In this document: piece by piece, positions 9,269-17,968 of the stretch | Layout: each line of letters opens with the position of its first letter | Position numbering within the stretch: position 1 is the first letter of the stretch | Source: Myxococcota bacterium | Lineage (GTDB): Bacteria > Myxococcota_A > UBA796 > SXON01 | DNA: 64,000 nucleotides | Direction: 5' to 3' | Assembly: GCA_040386535.1 (NCBI GenBank) | Contig: JAZKFH010000013.1 | Location: 384,928 to 448,927, forward strand | The notes under the pieces: model-generated | The model's database searches: none | What the model was told of the DNA's origin: nothing | What the model saw: the letters and a program-made list of their open reading frames with translations, nothing else | Made by a program: the position numbers and the translations under genes

Positions 9269-10600
9269 ATGGAACGCCCGTTGTTCATGCCGGGTCACCT
9301 CGCGCTACAGGCTGAATTCTACCAATTCGTACTGGCGGCCGTTTACCACGCCGACGGCCTGTGGGGCGACGCGACCTTTGACCTCTACGCACGGGGCCTC
9401 CCCGACGGGCACGGGTACCTGGTCGCCGCGGGGCTCGGCCCGCTGCTCGATCACCTCGCCGCCCTGGCCTTCACCGACGAGGAGGTCGAGCTCCTCCGCC
9501 AGGAGCCGCGCTTCTCGAAGGTGGCCCCCTCCTTCTTCGACGCGCTGCGGCGGTTCCGCTTCCGCGGCGAGGTCTGGGCTGTCCCCGAGGGCACGGTGGT
9601 GTACCCAGGCGAGCCGATCGTGCGCGTCACGGCGCCGCTGCTCGCGTGCACCCTGCTCGAGACACGCGCGATCCAGATCGTCAGCGCCGCGACCGCCATC
9701 GCCACCCGGGCCGCGCGCATGGTGGACGTAGCGGGGGGGCACGCCGTCCTCGACTTCGGGAGCCGCCGGTGCCCGGGGCCCGAGGCCGCACTGCTCTCGG
9801 CGCGCGCCGCCTACATCGGCGGGGTGTCCGCCACGACCAACGCCCTGGCCGCCCTGCACCTCGGCATCCCGCCGATGGGCACGATGGCGGACACCTTCCT
9901 GGCCGCCTACGGGGACGATCGGCTCGCCTTCGAGGCCTTCCGGCTCCACTTCCCGGGGCTCTCCCACCTGTCCCTTCCGGACGATGATCCGGTCGACGGC
10001 GTGAAGCGGTTCCTGCCCTTCAAGAAGGAGGTGCAGACCGTCCGGATCGACCACGAGGACCTCGACCGCATGTCCCGGTTGGTCCGCGCCGCGCTCGACC
10101 GCAACGGCATGCAGCACGTGCGGATCCTGGGCTCCGGCCACCTCGACGAGGTCCGGATCCGCCGCCTGGTGGACGCCGGCGCGCCCATCCAGCTCTTCGC
10201 CGTGGGCCGCGCCCTCGCCACCGCCGCCGACCAGGGGACACGGGTCGCGTTCCGCATCGCCGAGATGATGCGCGGCCCGCACGCCACGCCGGTCGCCCGC
10301 GCGGGCAGCTCGCCTTACCCCGGCCGCAAGCAGATCTGCCGTCACGCCGACCGCGACGTGTTGTGCCTGGAGCACGAGGCCTGGGGGCAGGCGCAGATGG
10401 GCGCCGTGCCCTTGCTGCGCGCGGTAGTGCGGGACGGCGAGCGCATCGACGCCGATCCGCCGCTCGCGCAGGTGCGGCAGCACCGCGCCGCCCAGGTGGC
10501 CGCGTTGCCCCGCGCGGTGCGCGACATCGAGCGCCCGGCGGTGTGGCCGGTCACGATCTCGGACTCGCTGGCCAGCTTGTCGTTGGCCGCGGGCGGCTGA
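9269..10600 (+). CDS. Nicotinate phosphoribosyltransferase (PncB)-like protein with degenerate active-site motifs
   Basis: PEGTVVYPGEP, LLET, IATRAAR, DFGSRR, ARAAYIGG and PGRKQ are present, but GTMAH reads GTMAD and RLDSGD reads RIDHED. Confidence 0.85.
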   Translation: MERPLFMPGHLALQAEFYQFVLAAVYHADGLWGDATFDLYARGLPDGHGYLVAAGLGPLLDHLAALAFTDEEVELLRQEPRFSKVAPSFFDALRRFRFRGEVWAVPEGTVVYPGEPIVRVTAPLLACTLLETRAIQIVSAATAIATRAARMVDVAGGHAVLDFGSRRCPGPEAALLSARAAYIGGVSATTNALAALHLGIPPMGTMADTFLAAYGDDRLAFEAFRLHFPGLSHLSLPDDDPVDGVKRFLPFKKEVQTVRIDHEDLDRMSRLVRAALDRNGMQHVRILGSGHLDEVRIRRLVDAGAPIQLFAVGRALATAADQGTRVAFRIAEMMRGPHATPVARAGSSPYPGRKQICRHADRDVLCLEHEAWGQAQMGAVPLLRAVVRDGERIDADPPLAQVRQHRAAQVAALPRAVRDIERPAVWPVTISDSLASLSLAAGG

Positions 10601-10613
10601 GCGCGGGGTTCGG

Positions 10614-10826
10614 GACGCGGGATGGGCGGCGCGGGGTGGCCGCCGGGGGCGCGGCCACGACCCATGCCTCGGAGACGTGCGGCAGGCGACCGGAGAGCGG
10701 GCGGCCCTGCCGCCCGGCACGGCGCTTCCGGCCGCCGTCAGGCGGGCGGAAGCGCCAGCCGAGCGCGAAGCGCGAGCTCGGAGGGGGCCGACGGCGGGCT
10801 CGGCCGCCGGGCCGCCCATTCCCACG
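10614..10826. other. Multibranched inverted-repeat intergenic element between convergent genes
   Basis: Closing stem ATGGGCGGC (10622-10630) pairs with GCCGCCCAT (10811-10819). Internal stems: GTGGCCGC/GCGGCCAC, GCGGCAGG/CCTGCCGC, GGCGCTTCCG/CGGAAGCGCC and CCGAGC/GCTCGG. Confidence 0.55.
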
Positions 10827-10845
10827 GGACACACACCGAACGCTG

Positions 10846-12393
10846 CTAGAAGGCCGGTTCCCGCAGCGCGATCACCATCGTTCCGAGCAGGATCAGGCTC
10901 CCCGTCTGTGCCGACGTGGGCTCGGCGAGGCGCGTGACGCGCTGCTCCCGGTCGACCAGGAAGGTGGCGCAGGTCTCGTGGAGGGGGATGACGCTGATCG
11001 TCAGGTTGGTGGCCTGGAGCGCGGCGTGGTGCCGCCCGGTCAGCACCTTGTCGAGCGTGAAGCCCCGCTCCCGCGCGCGGGTGGCGCGGGGGCCCGAGAG
11101 CCAGCGGATGTTGTCCTGCGAGTTGCGGTCGGGCAGGAGCAGGCCAGGATGGTTGGGCTCCCGCCCGAACTCCACCTGTTGGCCGTTGCCGACGCCGAGG
11201 CGCACCTGCGAGTCGCCCACGAGCGCGCCGAGGTAGCCCTCCTGGCCGCCCAGCGCGACGAAGCGCAGGGTGCCCGCGGGGGTCTGGATGGACATGCCGG
11301 GCTGGAGCGGTGTCGGCACCGACGAGGGCGCGGACTGGGCGCCGATGGTGACGCCGGGGGCGAGCGCCAGCGCGGTCACGCCGGCGGACGACACGTCCAC
11401 CCGGATGAGGGCGCGCTCGCTGCGGTTGAGCCACCGCCCGTCCGGCGCGAGGTCGTAGCTATAGCCGGCGACCACGTCGGACAGCGGCACGGCGGGGAGG
11501 GCGAGGCCGGCGACCACCAGGTCGAGCACCGAGGCGGACCCCGTGTCGAGGATGATCGTGTCCGACCCGACCGAGCGCGACGACGCCTGGATCTGCTGGT
11601 GGATGGCGCCCCGCACGGCGCCCGGCGTGCCGATCACGAGGCCCCGCCCGTTCCGCACCCACTCGTGCCGATCGTTCGGCGAGACGTTGTAGGTGGAGAG
11701 CCAGAGGCGGGTCGGCTCGAGGAGGGGAAGGCGATCGACCGCCTCGGCGAGGCCGGTGCTGCCGGGGCGGAACCCCTCGAGCACGAGCTGGCTGTTGGGC
11801 AGGAGGACGGGCACCGGATCGCCCGCGCGCCAGATCACCAGGGTGCGGGCCCGCGCGGAGGCGGCGAGCGCCTCGGGGAGCCACGCCTGGTTCAGCGGGA
11901 CGGCGCGGAACACGTCGGTCTCCCAGGGGATGCCCTTGAGCGTGAGGCTGCCGGCGGACTCCCAGGGGATCTCGGCCTGGTTCAGGCAGTGCCACGTGCC
12001 GGCGGAGAACCACACCTCGCCCGTCGGTGTGCGCGCGATGATGCGCGCCGCGAGGTTGACCGGCTCGCCGAAGGCGTCGTTCTCGATCTCCTCCACATCC
12101 CCCGTCGCGATGCCGGCGCGGAACGACACGTCCGAGCCGCGGCTCGCGTCATGCGCTTCGACCAGGTCCATGCAGGCGCGCGCGGCGTCCGTGGCGCTCT
12201 CGAAGAGGGCCATGAAGCTGTCGCCGATGTTCTTGACGATGCGGCCGCCGCGCCCGGTGAGCACGGGCTCGACGAAGCGCTGGTGCATCGCGAGCAGGTT
12301 CCGTAGCCCCTCGCGGTCGCTCTCCGACGTGCGCCGCGTGTAGTCGGCCATGTCGGTGAAGACCACGGTGCGGGTGCGGGTGCGGATCTGCAC
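10846..12393 (-). CDS. Soluble class III adenylate/guanylate cyclase with C-terminal FHA-like domain(s)
   Basis: VVFTDMADYT, VKNIGDSFMA and AGIATG...DAFGEPVNLAARI. The C-terminus has FGR...GRHH...GSLILLG (FHA-like). GTG 12393 is preceded by GAGGAGG. Confidence 0.85.
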   Translation of the reverse strand: MQIRTRTRTVVFTDMADYTRRTSESDREGLRNLLAMHQRFVEPVLTGRGGRIVKNIGDSFMALFESATDAARACMDLVEAHDASRGSDVSFRAGIATGDVEEIENDAFGEPVNLAARIIARTPTGEVWFSAGTWHCLNQAEIPWESAGSLTLKGIPWETDVFRAVPLNQAWLPEALAASARARTLVIWRAGDPVPVLLPNSQLVLEGFRPGSTGLAEAVDRLPLLEPTRLWLSTYNVSPNDRHEWVRNGRGLVIGTPGAVRGAIHQQIQASSRSVGSDTIILDTGSASVLDLVVAGLALPAVPLSDVVAGYSYDLAPDGRWLNRSERALIRVDVSSAGVTALALAPGVTIGAQSAPSSVPTPLQPGMSIQTPAGTLRFVALGGQEGYLGALVGDSQVRLGVGNGQQVEFGREPNHPGLLLPDRNSQDNIRWLSGPRATRARERGFTLDKVLTGRHHAALQATNLTISVIPLHETCATFLVDREQRVTRLAEPTSAQTGSLILLGTMVIALREPAF

Positions 12394-12471
12394 GCGAGGC
12401 CTCCTCGGCCGCGCGAGTCTATCCGGAGCGACGGGGCCGTGTCGACCGGTCGCACCGTGACGTTTCGCGAC

Positions 12472-12525
12472 TGACAACCTGTCACGGGTGTTGGGCGCTC
12501 CCGCGCGGAGGAGCGACAACCTGTC
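12472..12525. promoter_or_regulatory. Two GACAACCTGTC palindromic sites, candidate enhancer (UAS) for a sigma-54 activator
   Basis: TGACA-ACC-TGTCA at 12472-12484 and GACAACCTGTC at 12515-12525, 42 bp apart, upstream of a -24/-12 box. Confidence 0.6.
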
Positions 12526-12567
12526 TGGAACCGGGCGTGTAAAGGCCGGTCGTGGGGCCTTTCCGGC

Positions 12568-12583
12568 GGGCACGGAGCTTGCT
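12568..12583 (+). promoter_or_regulatory. Sigma-54 (-24/-12) promoter of the gsp operon
   Basis: GGGCACGGAGCTTGCT: GG at 12569-12570, N10, GC at 12581-12582. It matches TGGCACG-N4-TTGCW except at the first base. Confidence 0.8.
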
Positions 12584-12625
12584 AAGGCTTTGACCCTTCC
12601 ATGCACCCAGGGCGAGAACATCCAC

Positions 12626-13558
12626 GTGCCTGAACCGTCCGCCGCATCCACCCGCCGCCGCCTCTTCCTCGTCCTCGGGGTGGTGGGGCTCTTCGGCTTC
12701 GGCGGGGGGGCACTCGTCAACCAGGCGGTCGGGCGCATGCTCGCCCTGCCCGAGGACGCTGACGTGCCCGAGTACGTCGACGCCGCCGAGCCCGTCGAGG
12801 GCGAAGCCCCCGCGCCCGACAACGGCCTGGCGCGTGGCGCGCCGAAGCGGCCGCGGGCGCTCTCGCAGAAGCAGTACGCAGACATCATCGTGCGTCGCAA
12901 CATCTTCGACTCCACGGCGGTGTACGACCCGAGCGCGGCGAAGGAGGGCGGGGTGGCCGGGGAGTGCAAGTCCGACGCGAACGTGCGTCTGCTCGCCACC
13001 GTGGTCGCCGACCCCCCGACCTATTCTTCCGCGCTCATCGCCATCGGCGGCGCGCGGGACGCGAAGTCGGACGGCTACTCCATCGGGGACGACGTGGGCG
13101 GCGAGGGCCGCATCACCCTCATCGAGCAGAAAAAGGTGTGCCTCGACGGCGGCACCTGCATCTGCATCGGCGGGGAGGCCGCGAAGCTCGTCGCGGCCGA
13201 CGGGAAGCCCGCCGAGGCCGGCATCTCGAAGGACGGAGAGACCACCGTGGTCGAGCAGTCCGTCATCGACGACGCGATGGGCAACTTCGAGCAGCTCGCC
13301 ACCCAGGTGCGCGTGGTGCCCCACAAGGGCGCCGACGGCGCGATCGACGGGTATCGCCTCTCCGCGATCCGCAAGGGCAGCCTGTTCGAGAAGCTCGGCA
13401 TCAAGAACGGCGACATCGTCCACGGCGTGAACGGGCAGGCCCTCACGAGCACCGAGGGCGCCCTCCAGGTCTACCAGACTCTCCGCAGCGAGAAGAGCTT
13501 CACCTTCGACATCACCCGCCGGAACCAGCGCCAGTCGCTGGGCTTCGAGGTGCGGTGA
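12626..13558 (+). CDS. gspC: Type II secretion protein GspC (TM, HR, PDZ)
   Basis: N-terminal TM, RRNIFDS, HR-like LLATVVA...ALI and PDZ GYRLSAIRKGSLFEKLGIKNGD. First gene of the gsp cluster. Confidence 0.88.
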   Translation: MPEPSAASTRRRLFLVLGVVGLFGFGGGALVNQAVGRMLALPEDADVPEYVDAAEPVEGEAPAPDNGLARGAPKRPRALSQKQYADIIVRRNIFDSTAVYDPSAAKEGGVAGECKSDANVRLLATVVADPPTYSSALIAIGGARDAKSDGYSIGDDVGGEGRITLIEQKKVCLDGGTCICIGGEAAKLVAADGKPAEAGISKDGETTVVEQSVIDDAMGNFEQLATQVRVVPHKGADGAIDGYRLSAIRKGSLFEKLGIKNGDIVHGVNGQALTSTEGALQVYQTLRSEKSFTFDITRRNQRQSLGFEVR

Positions 13559-13560
13559 CC

Positions 13561-16248
13561 ATGAGCACACGTATGATCAGGCCGACGTTGCAGAACCGTA
13601 CCCTCTCTCCTTTCGGTGGCGGCGCCGCCCGCGTGCTCGCGATCCTCGGGGTGCCCGCGCTCCTCGCGCTGGCGATCCCGGGGCTCTCATGGGCCCAGGA
13701 CGAGCCCGACGCCCCGAAGGAGGACGCCCCCAAGCAGGAGCGCATCCGTCCTGCGGCGGGCCCGCTCATCCCGGGGCAGCTCCCCAACGGCCCGGTCCTG
13801 CCCGGCGGCCCTCCGCCCGGCGCCCCGACCAAGGGCGCCGAGGCCGACAAGGACGCGGGCGGCGCCACGCCCGGCGGCGGCGCGACCGGCGCGGTCACCG
13901 CCAAGAAGGTGCCCTGTGTCGAGCCCTCCACCAAGGTCACGATCGATTTCGTCGACGCGCCCTTGATGGACGTGACCAAGTACATGGCCGAGATCACCTG
14001 CCGCAACTTCATCCTCGGGGACAAGCTCGAGGGCCAGGTGACCATCATCAGCCACCAGCAGGTCAGCGTCGGGGAGGCCTACGAGGCCTACCTCTCGGCG
14101 TTGGAAGTGGCGGGTTTCACGACCGTGTCCGTGGGCGGAAACACCAAGATCGTCGCCACGTCCAAGGCGTCCAACGCCCCGCTGCGTGTGTACGAAGGGG
14201 ACAACATCCCCGGCACCGACAACTTCGTCACCCAGATCATCGAGCTCGACAACGTCACGGTGAGCGACATCTCGACCGTGGTGAAGGAGCTCTCCGGCCC
14301 GAGCGCGAAGGTCATCGCGTACGCGCCGACCAACACGCTCATCCTGACGGACGCCGCCTACAACATCCGGCGCGTGTACCGCATCATCAAGCAGATGGAC
14401 GTGGCGGCCCCCCGCAGCCACCTCGAGGTCATCCCCATCCGCTTCGCCACGGCGGCCGACGTGGAGCGGATCCTCGAAGAGGTGTACGGCGTGGCCGCGG
14501 CGGCCAGCACCACCACCGCCGCCGCGGCGTCCACCCCTGCGGCCCGCCGTCGCGGTCGCGCGGCCGAGGCCGAGCCCGCCGCCACGTCGAGCGCCACCAA
14601 CGTGGGCTCCGAGGGCGCGTTCATCTCCAAGATCATCGCGGACGAGCGCACCAACTCGCTCATCCTGATGGCGAACGACGAGGCGATCGCCAAGGTCAAG
14701 GAGCTGGTTGCCCAGGTCGACGTGGACATCGATCCGTCCAGCCGCTCGCAGATCCATGTCATCTACCTCGACCATGCCAACGCCGAAGAGGTCGCCAGCG
14801 TCCTGACCAACCTGTCCCAGGGGACCGGCGGCAGCAGCGGCAGCAGCCGGAGCACGGGCACGGGTACGGCGGCGCAGCGTCGGAGCACCACCGGCGGCAC
14901 CGGCACGCAGCAGCGCGGCGGCGCCGGGAGCTTCGGCGGCGGCGCCGGCGGCTCCCAGGGCGGCGGCAACAACTTCCCTCGGCCCTTCGAGCCCGGCGGC
15001 GCGGTCGGCTCCGAGGGCGCCACCAGCGGCGTCGCGGCCGCCTTCGACAGCGGCGCGGTGCGCATCACGGCGGACGAGAACACCAACTCTTTGGTGCTGT
15101 TGGCATCCCCCGAAGATTTCCGTGTCATCAAGAGTGTCATCGATCGCTTGGACATCCCGCGCCGGCAGGTCTACGTCGAGGCCGTGGTGCTCGAGATTGG
15201 GTCGGAGGACAACCTCGACCTCGGTCTAAGCTACCACTTCGGCAAGCCGACCGCCGACGGTGGCCTGATGTACGGCCGAACGGGCTTCGGGGACGCCAAC
15301 TCCCTGTCGCTCAGCGCGGACGCCCTCTCCGGGCTCGCCATGGGCCTGCTCGGCGCGCCCATCTCGGTCGTCACGCAGACCGCCGCGGGCCCGGTGTCGC
15401 TCGAGATCCCCGCCTTCGGCGTCGCGATCAACGCGCTCGCGTCCAACTCCGCGGTCAACATCCTCTCCAACCCCAACATCCTCGTGTTGGACAACGAAGA
15501 GGCCACCATCAGCGTCGGCCGCAACGTGCCGTTTCCGGTCTCCGCCGGCCTCGACAGCAACGGAAACCAGATCCAAAGCTTCCAGCGCGAGGACGTCGGC
15601 ATCGTCCTGCAGGTGACCCCGCAGATCAACGAGAACAACTACGTCACGCTGGAGATGTCGCTCGAGGTGGCCGAGGTCGAGGAGGGTACCGGCTCCGCGG
15701 AGGACGGTGGCTTCATCACGTCCAAGCGCGAGACCGAGAACGTGGTCGTGGTCCGTGACAACCAGACCATCGTGATCGGCGGGCTCATCGGGTCCACCAC
15801 GACCGAGGGTGAGACCAAGGTCCCCATCCTCGGCGACATCCCGCTCCTCGGGGTGTTGTTCCGCGGCAAGAAGAACGTCGAGCGCAAGACCAACCTGCTC
15901 ATCTTCCTCACGCCGCACGTCATCAACGAGCCGGCCGATCTGGAAGAGGTGTACCGCGTCAAGGTCGCCCAGCGGGAGGAGTTCCTCCGGCGCTTCTACG
16001 GCAAGAGCCGCGAGGAGCAGGAAGAGGAGCTGCAGGCGATCCTGCGCGGCAGCATGAACCTCATCGACGAGCCGAGCATGTACCGCAAGAAGGCGCCGCC
16101 CAAGCCCATCGACTCGATGATCCAGGACGACGGCGGCCTCCAGCCGATCGACAGCCCCACCGGCGCCCCCGCGCCCACGCGCCTCCCGGAGCCCCAGCCC
16201 GAGCCCGAGCGCGAGCCCACGCCCGACTTCAACGAAGGGGGCGAGTAG
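13561..16248 (+). CDS. gspD: Type II secretion secretin GspD
   Basis: Signal peptide, N0 (IDFVDAPL), repeated ADERTNSL N domains, LDIPRRQVYVEAVVLE, LDNEEATISVG, VTPQIN, KVPILGDIPLLGVLFR and NLLIFLTP. The ORF-track start at 12964 is spurious; ATG 13561 is used. Confidence 0.95.
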   Translation: MSTRMIRPTLQNRTLSPFGGGAARVLAILGVPALLALAIPGLSWAQDEPDAPKEDAPKQERIRPAAGPLIPGQLPNGPVLPGGPPPGAPTKGAEADKDAGGATPGGGATGAVTAKKVPCVEPSTKVTIDFVDAPLMDVTKYMAEITCRNFILGDKLEGQVTIISHQQVSVGEAYEAYLSALEVAGFTTVSVGGNTKIVATSKASNAPLRVYEGDNIPGTDNFVTQIIELDNVTVSDISTVVKELSGPSAKVIAYAPTNTLILTDAAYNIRRVYRIIKQMDVAAPRSHLEVIPIRFATAADVERILEEVYGVAAAASTTTAAAASTPAARRRGRAAEAEPAATSSATNVGSEGAFISKIIADERTNSLILMANDEAIAKVKELVAQVDVDIDPSSRSQIHVIYLDHANAEEVASVLTNLSQGTGGSSGSSRSTGTGTAAQRRSTTGGTGTQQRGGAGSFGGGAGGSQGGGNNFPRPFEPGGAVGSEGATSGVAAAFDSGAVRITADENTNSLVLLASPEDFRVIKSVIDRLDIPRRQVYVEAVVLEIGSEDNLDLGLSYHFGKPTADGGLMYGRTGFGDANSLSLSADALSGLAMGLLGAPISVVTQTAAGPVSLEIPAFGVAINALASNSAVNILSNPNILVLDNEEATISVGRNVPFPVSAGLDSNGNQIQSFQREDVGIVLQVTPQINENNYVTLEMSLEVAEVEEGTGSAEDGGFITSKRETENVVVVRDNQTIVIGGLIGSTTTEGETKVPILGDIPLLGVLFRGKKNVERKTNLLIFLTPHVINEPADLEEVYRVKVAQREEFLRRFYGKSREEQEEELQAILRGSMNLIDEPSMYRKKAPPKPIDSMIQDDGGLQPIDSPTGAPAPTRLPEPQPEPEREPTPDFNEGGE

Positions 16249-16251
16249 GCC

Positions 16252-17967
16252 ATGGCCGTCCGCCGCGCCGGGATGGAGGAGCTCCTCATCCGCTCCGGGG
16301 TCGATCCCGCGAAGATGAAGGAGGCCCGCAAGGAGGCCGAACGCTCGGGTGTGTCCCTCGTCGAGGGTGCCCAGCGGGTCAACGCGGTGTCCCCCGACGT
16401 GGCGGCGCGTTCGCTCGCGGAGATGCTCGGCCTGACCTTCCGGGACCACATCGAGCTCGACAGCATCGATGTCGAGCTGGTGCGCCCCATCTCGCTCGCG
16501 ATGGCCCGCGAGGAGGGCATCCTCCCGCTGTACCACGAGGGTGGCTTCGTGCGCGTGGCGATCGCCGAAGAGCGGTCGATGGGCCTGCTCCCCGACTTGC
16601 GCCTGCTCTACAAGAAGCCGGTGCGCCCCGTGGTCGTGCCGGCCGACGTGCTGCGCGACGCGACGAACAAGACCTACGATCGCGCCGCCCGCAGCGCCTC
16701 CGCCGTCATGGAGGAGATCCGCGAGGAGGGCGCGGGGGACGACATCGCCGACGATCTCTCCCTCAACGAGGATCTTCTCGACGATCCCAACCAGGCGCCC
16801 ATCATCCGGTTCGTCAACACGCTCCTCACCCAAGCGGTCAAGGATCGCGCGAGTGACATCCACGTCGAGCCGTTCGAGCGTGAGTTGGTCGTGCGCTTCC
16901 GGATCGACGGCGTGCTCTACGAGATCGTGAAGCCGCCTCCCAAGCTCCAGGCCTCGATCGTGAGCCGTGTCAAGATCATGGCCGGCCTGAACATCGCCGA
17001 GAAGCGCGTGCCGCAGGACGGCCGCATCCGCACCCGCTTCGCCGGCCGCGAGATCGATTTGCGTGTGAGCACCCTGCCCGTGCGCCACGGCGAGCGGGTG
17101 GTCATGCGTATCCTCGAGAAGGGGACCGTCTTCAACCTCGAGCAGATCGGCATGGCGGAGAAGACCGTCGCCGACTTCCGCCGGTTCATCCAGCGTCCGC
17201 ACGGCATCCTCCTCGTCACCGGCCCCACCGGCTCCGGAAAGACGACCACGCTCTACAGCGCGCTCGCCGAGATCAACGCCCCGGACCTGAACATCCTCAC
17301 CATCGAGGATCCGATCGAGTACGAGCTGCGTGGCATCGGCCAGACCCAGGTCAACCCCAAGATCGAGCTCACGTTCGCCTCCGCCCTGCGCGCCCACTTG
17401 CGGCAGGACCCCGACGTGATCATGGTCGGAGAGATCCGCGACAAGGAGACGGCGGACAACGCCGTCCAGGCGTCGCTCACGGGCCATCTCGTGTTCTCCA
17501 CGCTGCACACCAACGACGCGCCCACGGCCTTCTCCCGCCTCATCGACATGGGCGTGGAGCCCTTCCTCGTGTCGAGCTCGCTCATCGCCGTGCTCGCCCA
17601 GCGGCTGGTGCGGCGCTTGTGTCCCAAGTGCAAGGAGGCCTTCGAGCCCTCCGACATCGAGCTGAAGGAGGCCGGCGTGGCCCGGTCCCGCCTCGAGGGC
17701 CACACGGTGTACCGCGGCAAGGGGTGCTCCGCGTGCCTCTCCACCGGGTACAAGGGCCGGACCGGCATCTACGAACTGCTCACCGTGAGCGAGGGCGTGC
17801 GTCAGCTCGTCATGGCGGGCTCCAGCGCCGGCGTCATCCGCAAGCGCGCAATCGAGGACGGCATGGCCTCCCTCCGCGACGACGGTATCCGCGTGGTCCT
17901 CGAGGGCCGCACCTCGCTCGACGAGGTGATGCGCGTCACGCAGGAAGATTTGGTGGAGCTCGATTAG
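16252..17967 (+). CDS. gspE: Type II secretion ATPase GspE
   Basis: ASDIHVEP, NIAEKRVPQDG, GPTGSGKTT, TIEDPIEY, LRQDPDVIMVGEIRD, GHLVFSTLH and a CxxC...CxxC zinc site. Confidence 0.96.
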   Translation: MAVRRAGMEELLIRSGVDPAKMKEARKEAERSGVSLVEGAQRVNAVSPDVAARSLAEMLGLTFRDHIELDSIDVELVRPISLAMAREEGILPLYHEGGFVRVAIAEERSMGLLPDLRLLYKKPVRPVVVPADVLRDATNKTYDRAARSASAVMEEIREEGAGDDIADDLSLNEDLLDDPNQAPIIRFVNTLLTQAVKDRASDIHVEPFERELVVRFRIDGVLYEIVKPPPKLQASIVSRVKIMAGLNIAEKRVPQDGRIRTRFAGREIDLRVSTLPVRHGERVVMRILEKGTVFNLEQIGMAEKTVADFRRFIQRPHGILLVTGPTGSGKTTTLYSALAEINAPDLNILTIEDPIEYELRGIGQTQVNPKIELTFASALRAHLRQDPDVIMVGEIRDKETADNAVQASLTGHLVFSTLHTNDAPTAFSRLIDMGVEPFLVSSSLIAVLAQRLVRRLCPKCKEAFEPSDIELKEAGVARSRLEGHTVYRGKGCSACLSTGYKGRTGIYELLTVSEGVRQLVMAGSSAGVIRKRAIEDGMASLRDDGIRVVLEGRTSLDEVMRVTQEDLVELD

Positions 17968-17968
17968 A

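Noticed and set aside
12964..13560. Apparent 199-aa N-terminal extension of GspD
   Set aside because: It overlaps gspC in another frame and is Arg-rich noise; the signal peptide follows ATG 13561.
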